Under the pieces are notes generated by a model. The model ran no database searches, had not been told where the DNA came from, and worked only from the letters and a program-made list of their open reading frames with translations. From positions 1-36,112 of IMG/VR virus record IMGVR_UViG_3300048599_000769: a DNA stretch of 36,112 nucleotides. One strand, given 5' to 3'. Positions 18,558 through 27,638 of this stretch are shown here, in pieces (the first letter of the stretch is position 1; the number at the start of each line of letters is the position of its first letter). This DNA is from a virus. Taxonomy: Duplodnaviria > Caudoviricetes. The position numbers and the translations under genes were made by a program.

Positions 18558-20525
18558 CTACCAGTTCGTGGCGAAGCCGCCGCTGGCCCGGCGGGGTCGA
18601 GCAGCGCGCCTTGGGCTGGGCTGGCTGGTGGCGGGGGTGTCGCTTGTTTTGCTTGGCGTTGTTTCACGTGGAATCTCTCCGGAGGGCGGCGCGAACATAT
18701 CGGCTGTTGCAGGTTCTAGTTTTTCTTCAAGGCGCGCCCAATCCTTGTCGCGCTTGACGTGGACGCGCACGGTCGGATGGCAGGCCGCGGCGTATGCGTA
18801 CACGACGCCGTCCAACGCTTCATTGCGCACGCCGCTGCGCTTGACCCAGCGCTTCAGTGTGGGGTGATAGACCTCAGAGACAAGCTGCGGATAAAACTCT
18901 TCGGGCAGGTCGGCCGGGAACTGGAACCGCTGCTCGTCAATCTCACGGCCGAAGTCGTTCGACAGGCGCTGCATCAGCGTCGATTTTGCGGCGTTGACAC
19001 CGACAGTCCAGAGCATCACGCCGTGCTTGATGACCTTGCCGCGAAAGTTCACGTCCTGCGGCGTCGGCCGGCCCACCAGCGGCGCGATCGAATTCTTCGA
19101 GCCCTTGACCGCGATGACGCCCAGGTGTTGCTTGCGCCGCACCCAGTTGTAGACCTCGTGTGTCCAGTTGCCGGAGTCGATCGCGACACACTGCGGTTTC
19201 ATGGCGACGCCGGCACTGTTCACGATCGGCTCGAATACCGCATCCAACACATCCCAGTCCTTTTCGCATGTCGGGTCGCCCGGCAGCTCGACCCAGTCGA
19301 TGATCCAGCAGCGCTCGTTGCGCCCCCATGCGCACGTCACGACGGACCAGCGATTGTGCTGCACGTCGATGCCAACGGTGAGCACGAGTGCTCCACGCGG
19401 AATCGTGCGACGAACCCACTTGCCTGCGCGCTGTTTCAGCTCGTCGAGGTCTAGCTTCTGGCCGCCAACGTCATGGGGCAGGCCAAGAATCGTATTGTCG
19501 AACGTGACCTGCAGGTCCGGATTCTTGCGTGCTGCGGAGCGCTTCTCGGCGATTTCGAGCCAGCTATAGCCGAGGCCGATCGGCGAGTACAACGCGTTCA
19601 GGTGATAGCTGCGCTTCGTGCGCTCCGGGTGCGTCGGCACCCACCTGCCCCACTTCAGCATCGCAGGCTTGTGGTGTTCGGCAATCAGCTTGCCGCAATC
19701 TCCATGTTCACAAAGATACAGTCCGTCGTCCGTAAGCTGCTCGATGCGGAACACGAGGTCGCCGCCGCAGTGCGGGCACGGCATCGTGTAGTGCCGCTGG
19801 TCGCCTTCGAGCCACTTCGCCTCGATGTTGCTCGCGCCCTTGATGGTCGGCGTGCTGACGTCAGCCACCTTGCGGCGCATGAAGTTCGCCGTGCGGCGAT
19901 CGGTGAGTTCCAGCACGCTGCCCTGTTCGTCGAGGTCCGACTCATACTCGTCGATCTCGTCCCGGCCCAGATTCTTGATCGGGTTCGAGCGCAGGCTCGC
20001 CGTGCTGTTCGCGCCGCTGATGATGATGATGCCGCCGGGGAATTCCTTCAGCAGCGTGGTATTGCCGCTGTCGCGCGATCGGGCGGGTGCGATCTTTTCC
20101 GATAGCACCGGCATTTCCGCGATCATCGGCGCGAACCGTTGCTTGGACCAGCGCTCGCCGGTGTCGACCGTTGGCAGGATTGCCATCGTCGGGCCGGGCG
20201 CGAAGTGCACGATGTAGCCATACCAGTTCAGCAGCACTTCCGTGCCGCCGACCTGCGTGGACTTCATCAGCGCAACCTCCCGCACCGGAGAATGCGCCGA
20301 GAGGCAGTCCATGATCTCGCGCAGGTACGGCGTGCGATCGGTGCACCAGTCACCCGGCTCCGGGCTCGACGTACGCGACAGCTTGCGATGCTGATCCGCC
20401 CATTCGCTGACCGTCATCGGGGGTGCGATCGTCCAGCCGCGCACCCACGCGCCAGCGCAGCTCACGCGGCCATCCGCCAACGCGAAGTCGCCCAGGTCGA
20501 TTTCCGGCACATGCAGCAACGTCAC
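18558..20525 (-). CDS. terminase large subunit, lambda gpA family
   Basis: RTPYLREIMD, KSTQVGGTE (Walker A), DEIDEY, STPT, CPHCG, GIDVQ, RNEALD. Confidence 0.95.
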   Translation of the reverse strand: MTLLHVPEIDLGDFALADGRVSCAGAWVRGWTIAPPMTVSEWADQHRKLSRTSSPEPGDWCTDRTPYLREIMDCLSAHSPVREVALMKSTQVGGTEVLLNWYGYIVHFAPGPTMAILPTVDTGERWSKQRFAPMIAEMPVLSEKIAPARSRDSGNTTLLKEFPGGIIIISGANSTASLRSNPIKNLGRDEIDEYESDLDEQGSVLELTDRRTANFMRRKVADVSTPTIKGASNIEAKWLEGDQRHYTMPCPHCGGDLVFRIEQLTDDGLYLCEHGDCGKLIAEHHKPAMLKWGRWVPTHPERTKRSYHLNALYSPIGLGYSWLEIAEKRSAARKNPDLQVTFDNTILGLPHDVGGQKLDLDELKQRAGKWVRRTIPRGALVLTVGIDVQHNRWSVVTCAWGRNERCWIIDWVELPGDPTCEKDWDVLDAVFEPIVNSAGVAMKPQCVAIDSGNWTHEVYNWVRRKQHLGVIAVKGSKNSIAPLVGRPTPQDVNFRGKVIKHGVMLWTVGVNAAKSTLMQRLSNDFGREIDEQRFQFPADLPEEFYPQLVSEVYHPTLKRWVKRSGVRNEALDGVVYAYAAACHPTVRVHVKRDKDWARLEEKLEPATADMFAPPSGEIPRETTPSKTSDTPATSQPSPRRAARPRRASGGFATNW

Positions 20526-21124
20526 GGCGCACCGCCTGTGTCGTCGCCTGCGGCCTCAACGCCGAACGTTGCGATCGTCGTGACCACACGCCGCAGTTCC
20601 GCTTCGAGAAGCGCGTAGACGGCAGCAGGATCGCTCTCGCCCGCGAGCTGCGCCGCCAACCGGTCAGGGATCGCCATGAGCGCTTCCTGCGCTTGGCGTG
20701 CCCGCGCGAACGCCTCTGCCTCGACCTCGTCGCGCCGGCACAGCAGCCCCTCTTCGAGCGCGTTCTCACGCCGCTTCTCGCGCAGCTTCTCGATCTTTTC
20801 CAGCCGGATCACGTCTTGCAGCGATAGCGAGGCGATCGACTGCGTAGCGGGCCGCTGCGGCGGCGAGGCCGCGGTCGTCGCGCCAGCGGGAACAGCGCTT
20901 GCGCCAGCGGCAGCCGCCGCGTGCTTGCCTGTGCGATCACCGCCGCGCGTCGGATCACGAGTCTGCGCGATCAATGCGTCAGTCGCCGCCACGATGACCC
21001 GCCCGTCGGCATCGAGCACCAGTCGCCCGCGCTTCCCGAGGCGCGAAACGTACGCATCGGACACGCCGCGCATGCGCGCGTATTCGGCTTTCGAGACGAT
21101 CGGAGGCGTGCTGACCGACGTCAT
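20522..21124 (-). CDS. terminase small subunit (Nu1-like)
   Basis: N-terminal wHTH (SKAEYARMRGVSDAYVS); overlaps terL start. Confidence 0.8.
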   Translation of the reverse strand: MTSVSTPPIVSKAEYARMRGVSDAYVSRLGKRGRLVLDADGRVIVAATDALIAQTRDPTRGGDRTGKHAAAAAGASAVPAGATTAASPPQRPATQSIASLSLQDVIRLEKIEKLREKRRENALEEGLLCRRDEVEAEAFARARQAQEALMAIPDRLAAQLAGESDPAAVYALLEAELRRVVTTIATFGVEAAGDDTGGAP

Positions 21125-21182
21125 GCACCGATCTCCGAACCATGCCGAACCAAAGCTAAACCCCTGTCGCTAGAGGGTTTCT

Positions 21183-21223
21183 GCGCTCTTTGTGCCCGCA
21201 TTCCCAAGGCTCGGGGAGGACCC
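21183..21223 (-). other. putative cos site (cosQ-like GGGTCCT plus cosN-like dyad)
   Basis: Minus-strand GGGTCCT (21217-21223), identical to lambda cosQ, followed by TGCG-N11-CGCA, just upstream of terS. Confidence 0.45.
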
Positions 21224-21274
21224 GCGCGATCGGACACGCCGAGACGCGGCGCCCCCCACCGACAGACCCGACCA

Positions 21275-21505
21275 TGCAACACCCGCAACACCGTCGATTC
21301 GGAGGTGTTGCACCCGGATCGCGAGCGGCGACAAAGGGATGCAATACCTGCAATACCTGCAATACCTTTTTTAAAACCTATGGAGTGCAGCGCAGCGATA
21401 GACAATGTGTGCGCGAAGAAAAGGTGTTGCAGGTGTTGCATGGGCGCGCCCCGCATGCGTTTGCGGGGTGTTGCACCGGGTATTGCACGTGTTGCAGGTG
21501 CTGCA
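21275..21505. repeat. 12 iteron-like 9-mers (TGCAAYACC / GGTRTTGCA); probable replication origin
   Basis: Copies at 21275, 21284, 21304, 21340, 21349, 21358, 21424, 21433, 21467, 21479, 21488, 21497; both orientations around a T6A4 tract. Confidence 0.75.
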
Positions 21506-22867
21506 CTAGAAGGGCACATCATCGCCCTCCTGCTCATTCTCGGGGCGATACCAGCGGTTCGCGCGACGCCCTCCAATGAGGCATTGGCGCTTCGCCCATC
21601 CGGCCCTGCGCAATATAGCCGCAACGCGCATCTGGTCTTGCCGAGTGTGCTTGCCCACATCCATCACGAGAGCCCACGACATAACCTGAGAGATCGTCAC
21701 GCTGCGTATCCCGCCGCCTTGCGCAGGCTCGCGCCAATCTAGGTCGTCCGGGTACCGCATTGCATTGAGCGTACCCGAGAGCCATCGCTCTATCGGCTCA
21801 GACCATGCGTCCGCTAGGTATCGCGCGTCTTGCTGCTGCGCCGCGCCCGCGGGCAGCGTCCACCAATCAACGCCCTCGCGATATCGCTGGAACGCCTCAG
21901 CCCAAATCTGATCGCGATCCGCAGCCAGCCGCTTAACGTCCACCCCGCTTACGCGAACCGGCAGGAATCGACGCGCGCCGGTGGCGTCCCGTAGATACTG
22001 ATCGTCATTGGTTGTGCCAACGAATACGCACTGCCGCGGGAACTTCCGGGCATATCGCCCGTACGAGGGGCGGTAGGTGTCATCCTGAGCGCTCAAGGCT
22101 TGCTTTACTTTGTTCACTTCTGCCTTGGTGAATGATTCCATTTCCCCAATCTCAATCCCCCATCGCCCCGCCAAGCACTGATAGAAATCTTTCGACGATG
22201 GGCTTTCCATTGCCTCGGCAGACCAGTCGGTCCCAAACAGAGTTCGCACGGCGCGCGTCTTGCCAGCGCCCTGTGCACCTTCCAGCACAATCATCACGTC
22301 AGCTTTCGCCCCGGGCACGAGCACCCGAGCAACGGCGGAAAACAAAAGAATCTCGCTGGCGCGCGTCGTGTAGTCAGTCGCCTCTGCGCCGCAGTAGGCC
22401 GAGAGCAACGTCGGGACGCGCGACGCGCCATCCCACTTCAGGCGGTCGAGATACTCGCGCACAGGATGGAAACGATGCCGGCGCGCAATGGCTTCGATCG
22501 CCTCAGCAACGACAGAACTCTTGGCGTGCAGGCGGTATCGTTCGGGATGCGCAAGCCACGCGGCCAGCTCAAAAGCATCTTCCTCAGCGAACTCGGTTCG
22601 CGTCGCGTCCGCCCACGGCGTCGAGCGCCGCAAGACGATACGATTGCCGAACTCGTCGAACGCAAACAACCCCGCCATGACCGCGTCGTTCTCAAGTATC
22701 AGTGCGAGATTGTGCGCGGTCGCGCGCACATCGCCGTCGCGCGAGTAGACGAGCGATGTCCTCCAATCTTCAGCGCCCCGGCCACCTTCCCCGCCACCAC
22801 CCCGCTTGCGCGGGCCGTCATCCTTACCGCCGACGATCACGGTCATACGATCTTTCGGCACGCTCAT
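21506..22867 (-). CDS. VapE/VirE-family DNA helicase (primase-associated)
   Basis: FHPVREYL..WDG, Walker A GAQGAGKT, YRPSYGR..PRQCVFVGTTN, DATGARRF; ATG 22867 overlaps primase stop. Confidence 0.9.
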   Translation of the reverse strand: MSVPKDRMTVIVGGKDDGPRKRGGGGEGGRGAEDWRTSLVYSRDGDVRATAHNLALILENDAVMAGLFAFDEFGNRIVLRRSTPWADATRTEFAEEDAFELAAWLAHPERYRLHAKSSVVAEAIEAIARRHRFHPVREYLDRLKWDGASRVPTLLSAYCGAEATDYTTRASEILLFSAVARVLVPGAKADVMIVLEGAQGAGKTRAVRTLFGTDWSAEAMESPSSKDFYQCLAGRWGIEIGEMESFTKAEVNKVKQALSAQDDTYRPSYGRYARKFPRQCVFVGTTNDDQYLRDATGARRFLPVRVSGVDVKRLAADRDQIWAEAFQRYREGVDWWTLPAGAAQQQDARYLADAWSEPIERWLSGTLNAMRYPDDLDWREPAQGGGIRSVTISQVMSWALVMDVGKHTRQDQMRVAAILRRAGWAKRQCLIGGRRANRWYRPENEQEGDDVPF

Positions 22868-23919
22868 ACCGCCTTCCTGTCGGGGTCGACAGCAACGTCC
22901 AGCGCAACGACACGCGAGCGCGCCCAGGTCGCGAGCTGCCGTGGCGACCAGCCATCGGCATGCAGCGCGTCGTAGATATCCCAGCCTTTCGGTTGGCACG
23001 CCGTGTCGACAAGGCGCAGCGAGCGGGCGCCCTCACGAAAGGCGCGCTGCGCTATGCCCTCGACGAGTACGCCGGCCGGATTGATGTATCCCAGCATCGC
23101 GTCCCGCCCTCCCTTGTCGGCATCGGGCCAGAGCACAACATCGCGTCCCGCCAGCGGCGACCAGTCGACATGCCGCATGCCCTTGGTGCCGCCCGGCCAA
23201 CAGATGACGACGTACATCGGCAGCGCCGCCCTGCCGGCCTCACGACACTTTTCGCCCTCGACGATCAGCACCGGCGCTTGCGGACGAAGGGCAAGCTCGT
23301 CGAGTCCACATATCGGCCGCGGCTTCGAGAACGGCCACAAGCACCAACGCTGATCGCCAGCAGGGCCAACGCACCACGTAACCTGCGGCGTGATCTTCCC
23401 GTCCTCCATGTCGACCCGGAGGACGTACCCGAGCAGCCGGCCGCGTGCGTCGCGATACTCGTCAGCGCGCGACGGGGTGAGCTTCCACCACCGGCGCGGC
23501 TCGGGGCGGTCATGACGCTTCGGGTTGTAGATGCGGATCGCGACGCCCTTCCGAATCTCGGGCGCGTCCTGCGGGACAGGGATCACCGGCACCCATATCT
23601 CGCGTGACGTCTTTCGCGCTGCGCGAGGCGGCGCACATCGCCGCACAGCCCTCGCGACATCCGCGCCGCCTAGCAGCTCACAGGCTTCAAGGAACGGCAG
23701 GCATTCATACGCCATCACGAAACGGATCGCGTTCCCGTGAAAGCCACAGCCGAAGCAGTGAACAAATTGCTTTTGCTGACTTACGGTGAACGACGGCGTA
23801 CGCTCGTCGTGGAAGGGGCACAACGCCTCGTACTCACTGCCAGCTCGACGCAGGTCAATGCGTTTCCCCACAACGTCGACGACGTCGATCGAACCCAGAA
23901 GCGCCTCGACGTCGATCAT
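22864..23919 (-). CDS. DNA primase (CHC2 zinc finger plus TOPRIM)
   Basis: CPFHDERTPSF..HCFGC; IVEGEK; WPDADKGG. Confidence 0.9.
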   Translation of the reverse strand: MIDVEALLGSIDVVDVVGKRIDLRRAGSEYEALCPFHDERTPSFTVSQQKQFVHCFGCGFHGNAIRFVMAYECLPFLEACELLGGADVARAVRRCAPPRAARKTSREIWVPVIPVPQDAPEIRKGVAIRIYNPKRHDRPEPRRWWKLTPSRADEYRDARGRLLGYVLRVDMEDGKITPQVTWCVGPAGDQRWCLWPFSKPRPICGLDELALRPQAPVLIVEGEKCREAGRAALPMYVVICWPGGTKGMRHVDWSPLAGRDVVLWPDADKGGRDAMLGYINPAGVLVEGIAQRAFREGARSLRLVDTACQPKGWDIYDALHADGWSPRQLATWARSRVVALDVAVDPDRKAV

Positions 23920-24101
23920 GGGAACCTCAGCGGCAACGGTTGCTGTGGTGTTTCGGCGGTGTCTGGCGGCGTCGAACATACGCTCGCTGCCGCTGCCAGC
24001 TCGTCGGCACTTGCTTGCCGGTCACACAGCGCAACGGCATTCGCGAGGCGGTCGGCTTGGCGACGTCGTTCTGCCGGCGACAGATCGGATGCTGTCGTCA
24101 T
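23916..24101 (-). CDS. hypothetical protein
   Basis: 4-bp overlaps on both sides; GGAGGA RBS. Confidence 0.5.
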   Translation of the reverse strand: MTTASDLSPAERRRQADRLANAVALCDRQASADELAAAASVCSTPPDTAETPQQPLPLRFP

Positions 24102-24505
24102 CCGGTCCTCCATTCGCGGAGCAGGCGCATTTCGATGGCGCGCTCGTGGCGCAATCGCTCGTTCTCCTCTCGCAGTTCCCGAATCTCCCGATCCTTGTCG
24201 TCTTCGAGACGGCGCAGCGATCGAGGGTCATAGTTGCGGCGTATGAGCAGCCAGAACAGCGGCGCTTCGTTTCCGCATCGCGTCATCAGCGCGTCGAGCT
24301 GTTCAAGGCTCAGGGAGTTGTCCCCCTTCTTGACGCGGGACCACACCGATTCCTGCGCGCCGATATCGGCGGCAATGATCTTGTCGAGCAGGCCGGACTT
24401 CGATGCGCACAACGCGACAGCACCGGCGCCGGTCGGCTGCCGCTGGATTTCGACCAGGTCGATCACGACCGGGGAGCCTTTGGGGGTAAGGGCAAGCTGA
24501 GTCAT
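24098..24505 (-). CDS. CII-like HTH regulator
   Basis: HTH-like IIAADIGAQESVWSRVKKG plus C-terminal coiled coil; between cro and replication genes. Confidence 0.6.
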   Translation of the reverse strand: MTQLALTPKGSPVVIDLVEIQRQPTGAGAVALCASKSGLLDKIIAADIGAQESVWSRVKKGDNSLSLEQLDALMTRCGNEAPLFWLLIRRNYDPRSLRRLEDDKDREIRELREENERLRHERAIEMRLLREWRTG

Positions 24506-24540
24506 GGGAATTGACGAGCGTTGACGTACGAATTCGGGGC

Positions 24541-24570
24541 AAAAAAGAGGCCGCGGAATACCCGCGGCCC
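24541..24570 (-). terminator. intrinsic terminator (tR1-like position)
   Basis: Minus strand ggccgcgg-gtatt-ccgcggcc then ctttttt-type U tract. Confidence 0.65.
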
Positions 24571-24600
24571 TGTGGTCCATCGAGCTACCGATGAAAGCGA

Positions 24601-24972
24601 TTGGTGAACAAGGATGCAAAGTCGAGAGCGCTCCGGCATGCTCCGGGCTCAACGCCACAGAACCATCCAGAGGCTCCCTTGAAAATCGACGAAGAACAGG
24701 CGCGACTGATCGGTACGGCGCTAGGTCGCATCGCAGCAATAGAGCGAACAGTCGGCATCGTCATTGCGACGCACCCCGCCCCAGTCGCGCTAGAGCGCGC
24801 TTGGCAAGACCTATCAGCCGCGTTCGCAGCCGAATTTGCCAAGCCGCCAACCGACGCGGCGGCTTCGGCTTACAACAACGCGGGTGCGCTGGCGTTGGAG
24901 CGGTTTGCGAAGACGATTGCATCTGCTGCGCAAGCTGCCAGCGCCCGACCTCGGCAGCCCAAGAATCATTGA
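24601..24972 (+). CDS. hypothetical protein (antisense to early right operon)
   Basis: 123 aa helical-looking ORF; start uncertain; competes with minus ORF 24761-25186. Confidence 0.4.
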   Translation: MVNKDAKSRALRHAPGSTPQNHPEAPLKIDEEQARLIGTALGRIAAIERTVGIVIATHPAPVALERAWQDLSAAFAAEFAKPPTDAAASAYNNAGALALERFAKTIASAAQAASARPRQPKNH

Positions 24973-25182
24973 CGTACCGCGCCCGCGCCGCGCACACCCA
25001 ATCGACCACCGAGGCGCCCCAGGTGTCGTCGACGTACCGTTCATCACTGGAGAATTCGGCGCCAGACTCCGCTGCGCGGAGCACAGAAAAACGGACAATG
25101 CGCAGACACCGACCGCCTTTTTTTGAAGAGCGGGTGACGATCGGCAGCGCACCACCCAGGAAGTCGCGGGTCACGTCGTTGG

Positions 25183-25404
25183 TCATGCCGCGACCCCCGC
25201 CTCGGAGGCGCCGAAGACGTCGGGCCTCAGGTCGTTACGCGTAACCCGCCCTCCGGAAGCCTTTTCGATTGCGATGCACTTTCCCGGCGGGATGGGGCGA
25301 CGCCCCTTCACCCACTGCGAAACCGCCTGAGGCGAAATCCCCAGCTCGACAGCGAGCTTCGCCTGCCCGCCGACCACTTCGATTGCCCGCTCGATAGCGC
25401 TCAT
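25183..25404 (-). CDS. cro: Cro-like repressor (YdaS family)
   Basis: GGQAKLAVELGISPQAVSQW..LRPDVF; divergent from cI. Confidence 0.88.
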   Translation of the reverse strand: MSAIERAIEVVGGQAKLAVELGISPQAVSQWVKGRRPIPPGKCIAIEKASGGRVTRNDLRPDVFGASEAGVAA

Positions 25405-25410
25405 GCCATC

Positions 25411-25494
25411 AGTAAAGCATAGCTTTACATTTCCATCAAGCATCGGTTGCTTGCCCTCGCCCTGCGCAAAGCCTGACGATCAAGCAATGCTTGA
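25411..25494. promoter_or_regulatory. OR region: pR promoter and operators
   Basis: Palindromes TAAAGCatAGCTTTA-type at 25413-25427 and TCAAGCaatGCTTGA at 25480-25494, degenerate copy 25436-25450; minus-strand TTGATG-17bp-TTTACT. Confidence 0.7.
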
Positions 25495-26164
25495 CGAACT
25501 AACCAACGAAGAACTCGCAGCGCGGGTTCGCGCCACCCTCGACTCTCTTCCGATCTCGAGGGCGCAGTTCGCAGAGAAGGTTGGCGTGTCGGCTCAAGCC
25601 ATCACCGGCTGGCAGACGACAGGTCGAATCAGTCGACAGAAGCTGCGGGCTTTGGCCGACATTAGTGGGCGCCCACTGGAATTTTTCCTTTTGCGAGATT
25701 GGGAAAAACCAGCCCCTAGTCGCGACCCGCCAGAGATCGAATGGACCGACATTCTCGCGAGCGCTCAACAGGTATCTCTCGGAAGCGGGTCCGAAGCGCA
25801 AGAGTACGCAGAGACACATCGCCTGAAGTTCCGAGCGGATAGCCTGCGCCGGAAGGGCTTGCACGCCGACAAGCTCGTCGTCTACTACGCAAGGGGCGAC
25901 TCAATGGAGCCTCGCATTCATGCAGGTGACGCCGTGCTGTTCGATACCAGCGACACGAAACCTCGTGACGGTGACGTCTTCGTCATCGAATGGCGCGGTG
26001 AACTATTCGCAAAGCGGGCCAACGTGATTGACGGCACCGTATACTTCGAGAGCGACAATCCGAAAGGCGATCACAATTGGACAAAACCGCGTAGGATAGA
26101 CGACCCACGTCATCCAATAAACGTTCTGGGGCGCGTCAGATGGATTGGTAGCTGGGAGGGGTAG
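25487..26164 (+). CDS. cI: CI-like repressor (HTH plus S24 peptidase)
   Basis: HTH (FAEKVGVSAQAITGW); GDSMEP catalytic Ser, FAKR Lys; VLGRV. Confidence 0.9.
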   Translation: MLDELTNEELAARVRATLDSLPISRAQFAEKVGVSAQAITGWQTTGRISRQKLRALADISGRPLEFFLLRDWEKPAPSRDPPEIEWTDILASAQQVSLGSGSEAQEYAETHRLKFRADSLRRKGLHADKLVVYYARGDSMEPRIHAGDAVLFDTSDTKPRDGDVFVIEWRGELFAKRANVIDGTVYFESDNPKGDHNWTKPRRIDDPRHPINVLGRVRWIGSWEG

Positions 26165-26169
26165 CGGGC

Positions 26170-26790
26170 ATGGACAAAACTTGTCCTAAGTGCAATCACG
26201 TCAACACGTCAGCGACAGGATTGCCCTCAGAGGCATGCCCAGCCTGTGGGTTGATCTACTCCAAATTCGGAACGCGCCCGCCGCCGCGACCCGTGCAGGC
26301 CGGCGCCGAGACTCGATCCGCTCTCACTCGCATTGCTATAGTGGTTACCGGGCTCGTGCTGCTCGGCTCGGTCGGGCTGTTCGCGTGGCGCGCGTACGCC
26401 GACCGCGTTGCAAAGGTGCAGGACGCCGAAGTAGCGGCAAGAAACGCGACCGACCTCGCGAAATTGCGCGGGGACGTCGATCGCTGGCAAGACGCTGTGA
26501 AGGTCGCCGCAAGCACCAGTCGAATCGCTCTCCCCGGACCAGTCGCCACGCTACAGAGTATCCGCCGGGAAACCGCGTCACTTTCGTTAGAGGGCTGCCC
26601 CTCTCGTGCGCGAGAAAAGCTGATTGAACACATGGATCGAACAATCGATTCGATGCTTGCGTTCATGCGCAACAACGAGAGCGAGAGCACGCGCTTGACG
26701 AATGAAGCCGGGGACCTTGCCGGTGAAGCGGCAGCTTACCTCCAAGCATGCGATCACTTGCAAAGCAAGTCCGCTTCAAACACGAAATAA
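26170..26790 (+). CDS. zinc-ribbon plus single-TM membrane protein (possible lysogenic accessory gene)
   Basis: CPKC..CPACG, TM IAIVVTGLVLLGSVGLFAW, helical C-domain; 5 nt after cI. Confidence 0.7.
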   Translation: MDKTCPKCNHVNTSATGLPSEACPACGLIYSKFGTRPPPRPVQAGAETRSALTRIAIVVTGLVLLGSVGLFAWRAYADRVAKVQDAEVAARNATDLAKLRGDVDRWQDAVKVAASTSRIALPGPVATLQSIRRETASLSLEGCPSRAREKLIEHMDRTIDSMLAFMRNNESESTRLTNEAGDLAGEAAAYLQACDHLQSKSASNTK

Positions 26791-26827
26791 AGCATAGCTT
26801 GACAGCATCATAAAGCGATGCTTTACT
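26788..26827 (+). promoter_or_regulatory. OL region: pL promoter with two operators
   Basis: TAAAGCataGCTTGA 26788-26802, TAAAGCgatGCTTTA 26811-26825; TTGACA (26799-26804)-17bp-TTTACT (26822-26827). Confidence 0.75.
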
Positions 26828-26864
26828 TGCCCCGTCGCGCCACTCGGCGCGAGGGGGCAAGTCG

Positions 26865-27200
26865 ATGAGCTCGAACAGCAAGACCGATCCTGACGTCCGC
26901 CAAATCCGCGCGATCCTCGCGCGCTGGGACGCGATCGCCTATGCCCAGCTCACCGCCGAAGCGGCGCGTTTGAGCGACCTCGTCGACGAGCTCCGTGACG
27001 ACGCCAGTCGGGCCGACGCAGACGCCGAATTCTGGAACCGCTCGTTCCACGACCTCGAAGAACAGTTGGAAGAACGCGGCGGTGCCCTCGGCATCACGCC
27101 CGACTGCCGTTTCGTCGCCATCGACCAGCCCGCCGGTTCACCTATCCACGATTCCACCTTTCCCGGCCAGCCGTCCGGCTGTGCCAGCACGACCAACTAG
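26865..27200 (+). CDS. hypothetical early protein
   Basis: First ORF after pL; coiled-coil-like; GAGGGG RBS. Confidence 0.6.
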   Translation: MSSNSKTDPDVRQIRAILARWDAIAYAQLTAEAARLSDLVDELRDDASRADADAEFWNRSFHDLEEQLEERGGALGITPDCRFVAIDQPAGSPIHDSTFPGQPSGCASTTN

Positions 27201-27209
27201 GAGTTTTCC

Positions 27210-27638
27210 ATGCGCTACTACAAGATCGGCGCCGATGGCGCTCGCCTCCCCGACGACGCGACGGACTTCGTCGCGACCGAGGACACCGTTACCGGCTTGA
27301 TGTGGTCGGCGACGCTCGCCGAAGACGTCAAGCAGGCCGAACTCGAACGGATCGCTACCGCGTGCGTCGCGGCCGGCTTCGCCGACTGGCGCCCGCCGAC
27401 GGTCGACGAACTGGCGACGCTGCCCGATCGGACGCGCGACGAGCCCGCCATCGACACCAAGTATTTCCCGGATACCCGGCCGGATTGGTACTGGTCGTCG
27501 TCGGCCTGTGCGGGCGGCCCCGGCGACTGCGCGTGGCTCGTCGACTTCTACTACGGCGTCGTGCGCTGGTACCACCGGCACTATCGCGCCTGCGTGCGTG
27601 CCGTGCGCTCGGTCGCGTCGCCCGTCGCCGGTCAGTAG
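27210..27638 (+). CDS. DGR target 1, DUF1566/Lcl C-terminal domain protein (142 aa)
   Basis: DTVTGLMW, DWRPPTVDEL, WYWSSS, AWLVDF, VRAVR; AGGAG RBS; ends in VR1. Confidence 0.9.
   Translation: MRYYKIGADGARLPDDATDFVATEDTVTGLMWSATLAEDVKQAELERIATACVAAGFADWRPPTVDELATLPDRTRDEPAIDTKYFPDTRPDWYWSSSACAGGPGDCAWLVDFYYGVVRWYHRHYRACVRAVRSVASPVAGQ
27495..27638 (+). repeat. DGR variable repeat VR1
   Basis: Colinear with TR; 17 mismatches over 138 nt, all at TR adenines. Confidence 0.95.

Noticed and set aside
21275-21505. 9-bp repeats as a mini-CRISPR or coding repeat (ORFs with LQHLQHL / CNTCNTCN)
   Set aside because: Units are too short, in both orientations and without spacers; the peptide repeats are by-products of the DNA iterons
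24761-25186. Minus-strand 141-aa ORF after cro, with RYVDDTWGA/RYVNDSWAA duplication
   Set aside because: ATGA coupling to cro is suggestive, but it overlaps the plus-strand 123-aa ORF by over 200 nt and has no recognisable domain; unresolved, so not called
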